Origin: a virus
Lineage: Duplodnaviria > Caudoviricetes
Reading direction: 5' to 3' (one strand)
Length of the DNA stretch: 43,856 bases
Virus record (IMG/VR): IMGVR_UViG_3300049982_000052
Span: 1 to 43,856 of that record
Shown: in pieces, positions 7,927 through 15,962 of the stretch
Position numbering within the stretch: the stretch's first letter is position 1
Layout of the letters: each line of letters starts with the position of its first letter
Program-made: the position numbers and the translations under genes
Notes under the pieces: model-generated
Told to the model about the DNA's origin: nothing
Databases searched by the model: none
The model's input: the letters and a program-made list of their open reading frames with translations, nothing else

Positions 7927-8249
7927 GTGGCCACCCCTGCCAGCATCTTCTCGGCGGACGCCACGGTGCGACCGACGTCGATGCGTGCGTGCAGCGACTT
8001 GACCCGCTGCAGCTGGACGCGCGCCATTGCGGCGGTCTTGTCACGTTCGATGAGCTGGACCTGGGTGGCGATGACTGCCTGGTGTTCGCGTGCCTGCACC
8101 GCGCCTTCGGCGGACATGAACGCGACAGCTTTTGCTACCCGGTAGGCGGACTCGGCTTCTGCGGCGGCGAGCTCCATGGTCTCGAGGTCTTCTATGGCCT
8201 TGTCGAGGTCACGGGAGATCGACTGGAGGTGGTCGAGGATGGTGGTCAC
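7923..8249 (-). CDS. Coiled-coil hypothetical protein
   Basis: GTG start coupled to the upstream stop; helical Ala/Glu-rich sequence. Confidence 0.6.
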   Translation of the reverse strand: MTTILDHLQSISRDLDKAIEDLETMELAAAEAESAYRVAKAVAFMSAEGAVQAREHQAVIATQVQLIERDKTAAMARVQLQRVKSLHARIDVGRTVASAEKMLAGVAT

Positions 8250-8458
8250 CAGCTGTCCTCCTCGCCGGGTGGGAAGCAGTGGCGGCACCGCTCGTCGCTG
8301 TTCATGTAGCGCAGGAAGGTGCGGAGAGCGGCGTCGAGTTGCTGGCCGCAGCGGGTGCGTACACGCCACACGAACGGCCGCACCTCGTCAGGCAGGTGGC
8401 CTTCACGGAACGCGTGCGCCTTACCGTCAGGCCCCTGGATGTAGACGTAGGTAGTCAT
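8246..8458 (-). CDS. Small Zn-finger-like hypothetical protein
   Basis: AH..TRCG..CRHC; coupled ORF. Confidence 0.6.
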   Translation of the reverse strand: MTTYVYIQGPDGKAHAFREGHLPDEVRPFVWRVRTRCGQQLDAALRTFLRYMNSDERCRHCFPPGEEDSW

Positions 8459-8793
8459 CAGCACTCCGCCCCGTCAGGTCCGAAATACGCCTTAAGCTCG
8501 GCGTCGATCGCCTTGTCGTACTCGCGTGGCGTCAGTGCTTCATCCCAGTACTTGCGAGCCTGAGCAATCGCCTTCTGCCTCCATCCGCGCATGAATGGAC
8601 GCTCCAGCCGTTCCCCACCACCCCATCCGTCGCCGCAGTGGCAGCAGTACTGGATAGAGCCGTAGAACACCCCCTGCCAGACGGACACCACTCGACGGTT
8701 GGTCTGGCAGTTCCAGCAGCGCATGACGTAGCGCCGCACGACATCGCGTGGACCACTGCAGATGACTCCGCCCGCGAACTCTTGGCAGCCCAT
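8458..8793 (-). CDS. Cys-rich hypothetical protein
   Basis: CWNC..CCHCG; coupled ORF. Confidence 0.6.
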   Translation of the reverse strand: MGCQEFAGGVICSGPRDVVRRYVMRCWNCQTNRRVVSVWQGVFYGSIQYCCHCGDGWGGGERLERPFMRGWRQKAIAQARKYWDEALTPREYDKAIDAELKAYFGPDGAEC

Positions 8794-8978
8794 CAGTCAT
8801 CCATCTCGTCGGGTCCGAGGACTGTCCGGTACAGGGGTTCCGGATGGTCCAGCAGGCCGGGCACGTAGAACTGCGCGCTGGGGACGACCCGGGTGGGTGG
8901 TTGGGGGATGCCGCAGGGGCAGGCGCCGAACACGACAGGGTCTGCGGTGTGGTCAGGGAGCTTGCAGCGGTCAGCCAT
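8793..8978 (-). CDS. Hypothetical protein
   Basis: MADRCKLP..., overlapping its neighbours in the operon. Confidence 0.5.
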   Translation of the reverse strand: MADRCKLPDHTADPVVFGACPCGIPQPPTRVVPSAQFYVPGLLDHPEPLYRTVLGPDEMDD

Positions 8979-9219
8979 GTGGGTAATCCCCGCAGTTGCG
9001 TCCGTTGCACACCGGTACTGCGATGTAGGAAACGAAAGGCCCGCACTCCACGTAGTGGCCGTCTGGAGCGTCACCCCAGTCGTTCTCGTTCTTCTCGGGG
9101 TCGTAGAGCGGATCGCCTGGCTTGACCCAGCGCGCGTGGCCCTTCGGCTGCTTCTTGGCGTGGGACCACTTGCCGCAGCCAGAACAGCGAAACATTCGGA
9201 CGGTCGGGGTATCAGCCAT
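8971..9219 (-). CDS. Cys-rich hypothetical protein
   Basis: ORF in the coupled operon. Confidence 0.6.
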   Translation of the reverse strand: MADTPTVRMFRCSGCGKWSHAKKQPKGHARWVKPGDPLYDPEKNENDWGDAPDGHYVECGPFVSYIAVPVCNGRNCGDYPHG

Positions 9220-9538
9220 GGCGGTTCACCTTGATCTGCTCCTCGCCGGCCAGGATGCGGCGCTGGATCCGCCGCAGGACCTGTGTGGCTTCCCGCTCCA
9301 CCCACTCCCGTGACCCGCCGGGTTCAGCGACAACACGGACGAACGCGAACAGGGCCCAGAAGCCTTCGGGGTAGCGGCCGGGGTCGTGCCACGCCTCGTC
9401 CTTGACGGCTTCGGCGATACGGTCGGCTTCGCCTTCCTCAAGCCGACTGGGGTCAACGACCGGGGCCTCATCCACCTCCCACGGTGCGACTAGGTCCTCG
9501 CGGTCGAGCGCGGCCAGGCGAGCGGCGGCGTCGGTCAT
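9212..9538 (-). CDS. Hypothetical protein
   Basis: ATGA-coupled ORF. Confidence 0.6.
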   Translation of the reverse strand: MTDAAARLAALDREDLVAPWEVDEAPVVDPSRLEEGEADRIAEAVKDEAWHDPGRYPEGFWALFAFVRVVAEPGGSREWVEREATQVLRRIQRRILAGEEQIKVNRHG

Positions 9539-10125
9539 TCGGACTCACCGCCGTCGTGTTCGCGGTCGACCTCGTCGTTGCCCATCGAGACCTGCTGAGC
9601 AACGCCGTCCTGCACGTCCTCGGGCTTGTCTTCGCCTTCCTTCGGCTGCGGCAGGATGAACGTCCCGCGCACCAGCGCCTCCAGTTGGCCCTTGTTGTAG
9701 AGGCTCAGACCGAACTGGTCCCCGAGGTTGATCGCGGTCCGCTTCTTCGCCAGCGACAGCGCCGACTTGTAGGCCAGGTCGTGGGCATCACCGCGGATCT
9801 GGTTCTGCGCCGTTGCCGTGGAGCCGTCCTCGTAGTGGCAGACCTCGTTGCCGTGCTCGTCGCGGATCGTCAGGCGCAGCAGCGACCGGTAGCAGACGTC
9901 CCACTTGCCGGTGAACTCACCCTTCTGGTTGGTCCGCTCCTGCTCGAACACCAACTCCACTTTCAGCACCTCGGTGTCGAATGAACCGAAACCGAAGATG
10001 CGGATCAGGTGAGCGGTGATGTCCTGCTGGCTGACGTGACTGTGGCCCTTGCCGTCCTGCAGGACCCGGTTCTGCTTGATCGGGGCCAGCAGTTGCAACG
10101 TCTGCTTGGCGTTGAACGCGCTCAT
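9535..10125 (-). CDS. Rad52/Rad22-family (Sak-like) single-strand annealing protein
   Basis: SHV..D...L.RIFGFG.F and HDLAYKSALS.A.KR.A.NLGDQFGLSLY motifs. Confidence 0.85.
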   Translation of the reverse strand: MSAFNAKQTLQLLAPIKQNRVLQDGKGHSHVSQQDITAHLIRIFGFGSFDTEVLKVELVFEQERTNQKGEFTGKWDVCYRSLLRLTIRDEHGNEVCHYEDGSTATAQNQIRGDAHDLAYKSALSLAKKRTAINLGDQFGLSLYNKGQLEALVRGTFILPQPKEGEDKPEDVQDGVAQQVSMGNDEVDREHDGGESE

Positions 10126-10457
10126 ATCTCAGTCCTTGCTGCTGTTAGTAAGTCAGGGTTCGTGCACTCGGGTGCGATCGGCTCGTACACCTGCGGCCGG
10201 TTGGTGCCGCGTTCCGCATGCGGGTCGTGGACCGACACCGCCACGAACACACCGCCGCGGCGTTTACGCCACAGGATCTTCGGCGGGTCCTTCCTGAGTT
10301 CCTTGTCCATCGCGGACTGGTACGCGTTCCTGCCGGACGGCGCGTCGCTCTGCCGCTGCCGGTTCGCTGCCGTGCACGGGTCGCACGGCTTCTCGTTGTT
10401 CCGCAGGTGTCTCGCGTAGGCGGCGTAGGTGCCGCACGGCTTCAGTGGCCTACTCAT
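10122..10457 (-). CDS. Hypothetical Zn-binding protein
   Basis: PCGTYAAYARH..EKPCDPC motif, familiar from actinophage WhiB-adjacent genes. Confidence 0.65.
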   Translation of the reverse strand: MSRPLKPCGTYAAYARHLRNNEKPCDPCTAANRQRQSDAPSGRNAYQSAMDKELRKDPPKILWRKRRGGVFVAVSVHDPHAERGTNRPQVYEPIAPECTNPDLLTAARTEI

Positions 10458-10900
10458 GCCGCCGCCTCCCGCTGCTGTACGAGCTTGCGGCGCTCACGCT
10501 CGGACTTGCCCCCGTAGATGCCGTAGCGCTCCTTGTGCTCGAGCGCGAACTCCAGGCAAATACGCCGTACCGGGCAGCCCTGGCAGATCCGCTTCGCCTC
10601 AGCTGCCGAGCCTCCTTTCTCAGGGAAGAACGCCTCCGGGTCCGTCTGGGCGCAGATGCCCTCGGACATCCACGACTCGTTCCACCGCAGCAGCGCCGAC
10701 GCCAGGTAGGTCTTGAGCTCGTGGCGCTGCACCACTGAGGACCGTTCGCCGCTGGCGGAGAACCCGGCCTGGCTGAGCCGGTCCGCGAGCGTGTGGCTGG
10801 TGATCCCGGCATCAGCAGCCACGGTGTTCAGCGGTTCGCCGGCGCGGAGCCGTTCCGCGGCGTCGGTCACAGCCAGCTTCGAGCGTTTCATTTGGCTCAC
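10454..10900 (-). CDS. whiB: WhiB-family transcription factor with an N-terminal HTH-like extension
   Basis: W...ICAQTDPEAFFPEKG..AKRICQGCPVRRICLEFAL..YGIYGGKSERERR. Confidence 0.92.
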   Translation of the reverse strand: MSQMKRSKLAVTDAAERLRAGEPLNTVAADAGITSHTLADRLSQAGFSASGERSSVVQRHELKTYLASALLRWNESWMSEGICAQTDPEAFFPEKGGSAAEAKRICQGCPVRRICLEFALEHKERYGIYGGKSERERRKLVQQREAAA

Positions 10901-10914
10901 AGGTTTCCCCTCCC

Positions 10915-11070
10915 TCAGTCAGTGGTGTTGAACAGCTCCAGTACGGGACAGTCCGGGTCGTGACAGCGGTCCACCCCGGGACAGTCAGGTTTGCTGCAAG
11001 GGCACTCACACGGCTCCCCAAGACGAATGCCGCACAGGTCGCGGTGACCCAGCCACACGGATTCAGCCAT
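10915..11070 (-). CDS. Small Cys-rich protein
   Basis: Seven Cys in 51 aa. Confidence 0.5.
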   Translation of the reverse strand: MAESVWLGHRDLCGIRLGEPCECPCSKPDCPGVDRCHDPDCPVLELFNTTD

Positions 11071-11338
11071 CGCGAACCATCCACTTCGCCACCGCCGCAC
11101 CCGCTTCCGTGAGGTGCCAGACCTCGAAGTCGCTGTCCCACTCGACGAACCCGTGCCGGCGCAGTGCGTGCATCGTGTTCGGGTGCGCCGCATACCCCCC
11201 AGAACGGGTCATCTCTTCGACCGCGGCACGTGCCGGTTTGGTGAGACGACGCCAAGCCAGTTGCGCAGTCAGCGGACCCAGGATCGAAGGTGTCAGCTCC
11301 GCCGTAGCAGGAGTGAGACCGATCTTCCAGTCACTCAT
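11063..11338 (-). CDS. Hypothetical wHTH-like protein
   Basis: ALRRHGFVEW...LTEAG pattern. Confidence 0.55.
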   Translation of the reverse strand: MSDWKIGLTPATAELTPSILGPLTAQLAWRRLTKPARAAVEEMTRSGGYAAHPNTMHALRRHGFVEWDSDFEVWHLTEAGAAVAKWMVRDG

Positions 11339-11520
11339 AGCACCGCGTCCTGTTCGTGGGAGTGGCTGCGGTCGTGCTTGAGCTGGGCCAGCACTGCGTT
11401 CGGCTGATCCACGAACAGTCGCTTGCCGCGCGCCTTGGCCTTGCGGACCGTCAGCACCACGCCTACGAGGAAGACGCCGGAGCCGGTCACCCAGAGGGCG
11501 CCGATTACCTGCCCTAGCAC
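11335..11520 (-). CDS. Small membrane protein
   Basis: N-terminal hydrophobic helix followed by a basic stretch. Confidence 0.55.
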   Translation of the reverse strand: MLGQVIGALWVTGSGVFLVGVVLTVRKAKARGKRLFVDQPNAVLAQLKHDRSHSHEQDAVL

Positions 11521-11729
11521 GCGGCACCGTCGTGGTCGCGGTCGAGCTTGGGGTTCCAGCCCGGGTCGCCCTGATGAAGCGGCAGCGGCGCGCCCGCGTC
11601 ACGGGCCTGTCGGCAGGACTGGAACTCGACGTACGACTCGTTGCTGCATCCACTCATGGCGATCAGGCCAATGACCGCGAGGACCGCGACGAAAGCGGCA
11701 GCAACGAACCGGACCTGGTTGGGAGTCAT
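11514..11729 (-). CDS. Excalibur calcium-binding domain lipoprotein
   Basis: Signal peptide with lipobox-like MSGC; FQSCRQARDAG..L..GDPGW..KLDRDHDG.AC. Confidence 0.85.
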   Translation of the reverse strand: MTPNQVRFVAAAFVAVLAVIGLIAMSGCSNESYVEFQSCRQARDAGAPLPLHQGDPGWNPKLDRDHDGAAC

Positions 11730-11974
11730 GACGACAGCCCCCGCGCCACGAAGGCCGCAGTAACGCTCTGAGGAGCGTCCGCAAAACGCTCGATGTAGAC
11801 GACCTCATAACCGTCAGGGAAGCGGTTCAGGCGCTTGATGCCAGCAGAAAGATCCCGCCGCGCCCATTCCTGGCTAGAGGAGATGTGGCTGTAGATCACA
11901 GCTCCCGATTCATCGGTGACGAAGCCATACCTAACCGGGCCGATGACGGCGTAGAGCTTCGGTGGCGTCGTCAT
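11726..11974 (-). CDS. Hypothetical protein
   Basis: ATGA-coupled ORF. Confidence 0.6.
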   Translation of the reverse strand: MTTPPKLYAVIGPVRYGFVTDESGAVIYSHISSSQEWARRDLSAGIKRLNRFPDGYEVVYIERFADAPQSVTAAFVARGLSS

Positions 11975-12204
11975 GGCCGCCTCGCCTTCACCGGGTACGC
12001 GCCGCATAGCGACAGGAGACGGTTCGAGAACGCGTCCGTGACGTACTGCGCGTACGCCCTGCTGGCCGGCGCCGGGTCGGACTGTGCGGCAGGGGTCAGG
12101 ATCGCCACCAGTTTCGAGGCGTGCGCCGCGGGGGACTCGACCTGCTTGCCCTCACGTGCAGCCTTGAAGCGCTGGCGGGTCAGGCGCAGGGGTGCGGATG
12201 TCAT
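11971..12204 (-). CDS. Hypothetical protein
   Basis: ATGA-coupled ORF with GGAGG RBS. Confidence 0.55.
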   Translation of the reverse strand: MTSAPLRLTRQRFKAAREGKQVESPAAHASKLVAILTPAAQSDPAPASRAYAQYVTDAFSNRLLSLCGAYPVKARRP

Positions 12205-12524
12205 GACGCCTCCGCTTGCTCGGCTAGTGCGACAGCCTTGGCAAACAAGCCGACAACGTCGGCCTCGGTGCGGCCGTTGGCGTCGTTCCAGTTGACGACA
12301 CTGCTCGTTCCGGTAGCGAGGATCAGGAACTGCCGCGCCTGGGCGAACAACGGCTCGCTGAGCATCGACACGAAGGGGTCGCCTGTCATGGCCGCACGTA
12401 GACCGCCGATAGCGCAGACCCGGCAGGTGGATGGCTTGGCCGGGTCGTCGCCGAACCAGTCCCTGGTCCACCCGCGCCGCTTGATCTCCTCGGCTCCTTT
12501 GCGGAGCAGTTCGCTGGTTTTCAT
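12201..12524 (-). CDS. DUF6197-like hypothetical protein
   Basis: L...A..I..RGW..C.IG.L..WND..GRT..DV..LF pattern. Confidence 0.65.
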   Translation of the reverse strand: MKTSELLRKGAEEIKRRGWTRDWFGDDPAKPSTCRVCAIGGLRAAMTGDPFVSMLSEPLFAQARQFLILATGTSSVVNWNDANGRTEADVVGLFAKAVALAEQAEAS

Positions 12525-12793
12525 CCCCGGCCCTCCCGGTCGAATGTGTCTGGTGGGTGTTCGTCGTCGGAGCTGGGGTGCGCGGTGTCGAAGACAACCT
12601 CGGTCAGCCCGGCGTGCCCGTGGATGAACTCGACGTCGCGGATGTCTCCCCACACCGCCGTCGACGGGTGATCCCCGAACCAGCGGACAGCTACCGTGCC
12701 GTCGCTGAACTCGCAGAACTCGGCCACGTCACCGGTGCCGGAGACCTTGGAGACATCGATGTGGCGGCGGAGACGGCCGGTCATGACGCTCAT
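12521..12793 (-). CDS. Conserved phage hypothetical protein
   Basis: L.R..DVS.VSGTG.VAE..EFSDG.V..RW..IHGH.G.T pattern. Confidence 0.7.
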   Translation of the reverse strand: MSVMTGRLRRHIDVSKVSGTGDVAEFCEFSDGTVAVRWFGDHPSTAVWGDIRDVEFIHGHAGLTEVVFDTAHPSSDDEHPPDTFDREGRG

Positions 12794-12924
12794 GACGCAC
12801 CCCCGAACAGCTCCAGGGCGAAGTCAGCGAAGTCCCAGTCGGACTCGTCCAGCTCGTCGCAGTCCTTCTCACCGAACACGCAGTAGAACCGGTGGTGGGC
12901 AAGGGCCAGCGACTCGCGGGTCAT
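12790..12924 (-). CDS. Small hypothetical protein
   Basis: ATGA-coupled at both ends. Confidence 0.5.
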   Translation of the reverse strand: MTRESLALAHHRFYCVFGEKDCDELDESDWDFADFALELFGGAS

Positions 12925-13106
12925 GACTCCACCGCCTTGTCCAGCACATGGAAGGCGGGCTTGCCGGACACGCGGGTGACCCAGGTGAGCGCCTCCGCGA
13001 TGCACTCAGGCAGTGAGCACACCTTGGTCTCGGCGTGGGACTCGTCGGACAGGGAGTGGTGGCGGCTGGTCACGACGCCGGTGCGGGCATGCGTGCACTC
13101 GGTCAT
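12921..13106 (-). CDS. Hypothetical protein
   Basis: ATGA-coupled, GGAGG RBS. Confidence 0.6.
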   Translation of the reverse strand: MTECTHARTGVVTSRHHSLSDESHAETKVCSLPECIAEALTWVTRVSGKPAFHVLDKAVES

Positions 13107-13396
13107 GGCTGCACCTCCCCGAATAGCTCAACTACCTCTTCCTCGGTGAGGCCCCGCTCCACCTCGCTGTAGAAGCGCTTGGGGTCGAGTTCCTGCACTG
13201 CGGCGTGGGCTTCAGGACGAACGAGTCTGGTGGCTGGGTGCTGAAGGATCTGAAGGGCGAGTGACACCCACTGGTCCCATTGGCCCTCGGCGTTGGAGTT
13301 GTCGTTCCGGGGGCTGTACGACATGAACCAGTCGCCCATCCACTCACTTCTCTCCATACCCAGTCGCTTCCCGCCCTGCGGCAGTCGCGCACTCAC
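13103..13396 (-). CDS. Hypothetical protein
   Basis: GTGA-coupled ORF. Confidence 0.6.
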   Translation of the reverse strand: MSARLPQGGKRLGMERSEWMGDWFMSYSPRNDNSNAEGQWDQWVSLALQILQHPATRLVRPEAHAAVQELDPKRFYSEVERGLTEEEVVELFGEVQP

Positions 13397-13686
13397 GACA
13401 CACCCCCGAACAGCGGGCGGATCGTGACGGCGATCAGGTCTTCGGTCAGGACCACTGCCTCAGTGGAGCCGTACGCGGTACGTGCCAGACCGGCTGTCTC
13501 GCGATGGTTCGGGAGGGCTCGCGCCCAATCCCGCACCTGACCGGTGGTCGCGTCCGCGGCGATCTCGATGTGGCCGTTCGCGTGGATCGTGATCGAGCGG
13601 TAGTGCAGGCTCGGGTGGTCCCGGAACAGGCTGCACAGCCTGTACACACCAGCGGTCTCGCCCATGCCGTGAGGTGCGGTGGTCAT
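13393..13686 (-). CDS. Hypothetical protein
   Basis: ATGA-coupled ORF. Confidence 0.6.
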   Translation of the reverse strand: MTTAPHGMGETAGVYRLCSLFRDHPSLHYRSITIHANGHIEIAADATTGQVRDWARALPNHRETAGLARTAYGSTEAVVLTEDLIAVTIRPLFGGVS

Positions 13687-13823
13687 GCGATCCACCCCGC
13701 AGCTGCGTGCACGAAGTACGACAGACCGGTCAGCAGGGAAGCGCCCACCAGGAGCGTCACCACACAGCCCTGACCCTTGGCCTGCTTGCGGCGGTTCCGT
13801 TTCGCGTACGAGTCCGTGGCCAT
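13683..13823 (-). CDS. Small membrane protein (46 aa)
   Basis: Manual translation MATDSYAKRNRRKQAKGQGCVVTLLVGASLLTGLSYFVHAAAGWIA; coupled at both ends. Confidence 0.55.
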   Translation of the reverse strand: MATDSYAKRNRRKQAKGQGCVVTLLVGASLLTGLSYFVHAAAGWIA

Positions 13824-14026
13824 CAGAGGTCGCCGTCCATCAGGTACAGCGCGTCGCCGTTCTCGCCGTCGTGGATACGGCGGACCTTCCTGTCATCGAC
13901 CAGTCGCGGCGGTGCCGGCGGCTTGCGGAAGATCTTCCGGCCGCCCATCGCCCACGCGACCGCGAGCAGGATCGACAGGGCGAACCACCCTGTGGCGATC
14001 CATTGCACCCATCCCCAAATCCCCAT
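13823..14026 (-). CDS. Small membrane protein
   Basis: MGIWGWVQWIATGWFALSILLAVAW transmembrane-like segment, with RBS. Confidence 0.6.
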   Translation of the reverse strand: MGIWGWVQWIATGWFALSILLAVAWAMGGRKIFRKPPAPPRLVDDRKVRRIHDGENGDALYLMDGDL

Positions 14027-14184
14027 TGCTGCTACCCTCTTTTCGTCTGACCCCTCGGTGCTGCTTTCCGGTAGAGCCGAGGGGTTCGGCTGTTTCTTGG
14101 ATGAAGTTGGAGCCCTCAGGGAGCGCCGCTCAGATCGGCGCTGGGGGGATAGCAGCCGCGGCAAGGCGCCCCCTGAGGGGCTTG

Positions 14185-14379
14185 TTAGCCGGCCTCGCGC
14201 GTGTTCGCGTCGATGTAGGCCTGCAGGTCGTCGCTTCGGACCCGGGTCTTCGAGCTCTTGCCGGTGACCGCGACGTCGACGGCCCGCAGCTGCCCCAGCG
14301 AGATGAGGCGGTACACGCCGTTGCGGCTGATCTTCAGCCGGGCGGCGGCCTCCGGAACGGTGAGAAGTTCAGTAGTCAC
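14185..14379 (-). CDS. Excisionase/Cox-like HTH (HTH_17/MerR-like) protein
   Basis: LLTVPEAAARLKISRNGVYRLI..G.L.A..RV..DL..YI; second gene of the early operon. Confidence 0.8.
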   Translation of the reverse strand: MTTELLTVPEAAARLKISRNGVYRLISLGQLRAVDVAVTGKSSKTRVRSDDLQAYIDANTREAG

Positions 14380-14480
14380 GGGATCACTAGCCAAGTCAGT
14401 AGTGCGACGAGTCCGACGAACCCCAGGAGGATGAAGTCGCAGCCCCACTTCGGCTTCGGTGCCTCTTTGGTCAACGGCAC
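14376..14480 (-). CDS. Small membrane peptide (34 aa), first early gene
   Basis: MPLTKEAPKPKWGCDFILLGFVGLVALLTWLVIP. G-rich RBS; GTGA overlap with the Xis-like start. Confidence 0.55.
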   Translation of the reverse strand: MPLTKEAPKPKWGCDFILLGFVGLVALLTWLVIP

Positions 14481-14532
14481 GGTGTGCCCCCCTGCATCGC
14501 GGTGCGTCGGACTGTGTCTTGCTGTGTCAGCG

Positions 14533-14562
14533 ACGGTAGCACCGGGGGTGTGAGGGGTGCAA
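14533..14562 (-). promoter_or_regulatory. Leftward (lytic) sigma70-type promoter
   Basis: TTGCAC-N18-TACCGT with an extended TG, upstream of the early operon. Confidence 0.6.
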
Positions 14563-14607
14563 TACCTGATCTGTGTCTTGGTGTGTCAGGAAGTAGCAGG
14601 GTGGATC

Positions 14608-14636
14608 TGGACGTGCCAGTATGTGTCCGCTACTGT
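14608..14636 (+). promoter_or_regulatory. Rightward (repressor) sigma70-type promoter
   Basis: TGGACG-N17-TACTGT upstream of the repressor-like gene. Confidence 0.5.
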
Positions 14637-14691
14637 GAAGCTCTGTGAAACACTCTGAGACACCATGAGACAGGAGGAGGTGAAACGGGGC

Positions 14692-15033
14692 ATGCTTCTG
14701 TTCATGATCGATTCGCGCGGGCGTCAACGGATTGGCGAAACCGTCAAAGCAGTCATGGCGTGGGAGGGCTACACAGGTGTCGGCATCGACAACTCCGGAC
14801 GCATCAGCCGCGCCACGATCAACCGGGCCAAACGCGGCGACCAGATATCGGACACCATGCTCCGCGCCCTCGGGGACGCGCTCAAGCTCCCCAGGGACTA
14901 CCTGCTCTACGTAGGCGCCGGCGACATCAGAAAGATCGAGTCGTCGGGAGCAGAGCCGGACCTGATCCGGTGGACCACAGACCTCATCCGGTCAGACGGT
15001 GAGACAACCGAGAGCCAGCAGGCGGACGCATGA
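14692..15033 (+). CDS. XRE-like HTH protein, probable immunity repressor
   Basis: ISRATINRAKRG..DTMLRAL..AL.LP; divergent from the early operon; GGAGGAGG RBS. Exact start uncertain (14665/14692/14704). Confidence 0.7.
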   Translation: MLLFMIDSRGRQRIGETVKAVMAWEGYTGVGIDNSGRISRATINRAKRGDQISDTMLRALGDALKLPRDYLLYVGAGDIRKIESSGAEPDLIRWTTDLIRSDGETTESQQADA

Positions 15034-15533
15034 CGAACTCGTTGCAGCGCGAACAGCCCCCCGTGACCAAATCGATACCTACAGGCCGTAACCCCTTGAG
15101 CATGTTGATCGATCTACTGGCATGGGGGCGACCCAGGGGGGGCGGCCACCGGATGCTTCAGGTACCGGGAAGAGGGATCGTCGTGAGAAGACGAACGGAC
15201 AAGGGGCCAGGTCTGGGGATGGTTCTGCTGCTGGGAGGCCTGGGCGTGATGCTCGCTGACCTCTCAGTGGAAGGGATCGGGCGGGTGGCGGTAGTGGTCG
15301 GCGCCGTTCTGTGGTGCGACCGCCGGCAGCAGGAACGGGACCGGCGTCTCCGCGAACTCAACACGGCCGCGAACGAACTGTGCCAGTTCCACAAAGATGT
15401 CGGTTACGAGGAGGGATACAACGACCGGGACCGGGAGTTACGTCCGAAGCTGGTCGACCTGAACTCCAGGCGGGCCGACGCGGTCGAGCCGCAGGCGTTC
15501 TCTTCTGCGGGAAGCGTGGTGGATCGTGGCTAA
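15030..15533 (+). CDS. Membrane protein (two hydrophobic segments)
   Basis: Hydrophobic helices followed by a charged tail; start uncertain. Confidence 0.5.
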   Translation: MTNSLQREQPPVTKSIPTGRNPLSMLIDLLAWGRPRGGGHRMLQVPGRGIVVRRRTDKGPGLGMVLLLGGLGVMLADLSVEGIGRVAVVVGAVLWCDRRQQERDRRLRELNTAANELCQFHKDVGYEEGYNDRDRELRPKLVDLNSRRADAVEPQAFSSAGSVVDRG

Positions 15534-15607
15534 CTCAGGCGGCATGATCCACCAGCTTCACTGTGGAATGCCGGGAGTGGAGTGGTTGAGGCGACAGACT
15601 GCCCGCC

Positions 15608-15952
15608 ATGAACGACTGGGGACGGCTGGGTTCCGTCGTCACGGGGGAACGTGTCCGCCGTGGCTACCGGAGTCGTTCGGCGTTCGCTCTTGCGTCCGGG
15701 CTGTCACTGTCGACACTGGACAATATCGAGCACGGGCGGAAACAGTCATACGATCCGGCCACCCTCGCTGCTTTGGAGCACGCGCTGGGGTGGGAACCCG
15801 GGTCTGTCGTGAGAGTGCTGCAGGGGATGGACCCGAAGCAACTGGAGGACTCCGACCTGTCCGCCTTGGTGGACGCCTGGCCGAAGCTTTCTCCTGGTGC
15901 GCGGAGGATGCTTCGGATCCTGGCTGCGGAGGCCGCTCGAGCCGAGGACTGA
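15608..15952 (+). CDS. XRE-family HTH transcriptional regulator
   Basis: W.RLG..V..ER..RG..SR..FA..SGLS..TL.NIE.G..TL..LE.ALGW.PGS. Confidence 0.85.
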   Translation: MNDWGRLGSVVTGERVRRGYRSRSAFALASGLSLSTLDNIEHGRKQSYDPATLAALEHALGWEPGSVVRVLQGMDPKQLEDSDLSALVDAWPKLSPGARRMLRILAAEAARAED

Positions 15953-15962
15953 CTGGTTCGTC

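Larger units (their letters stand above)
14512..14672. repeat. Operator-like 10-bp-periodic repeats in the divergent switch region
   Basis: ctgtgtcttgctgtgtcag (14512-14530), ctgtgtcttggtgtgtcag (14571-14589), and inverted copies gaaacactct-gagacaccat-gagaca (14647-14672). Confidence 0.7.
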
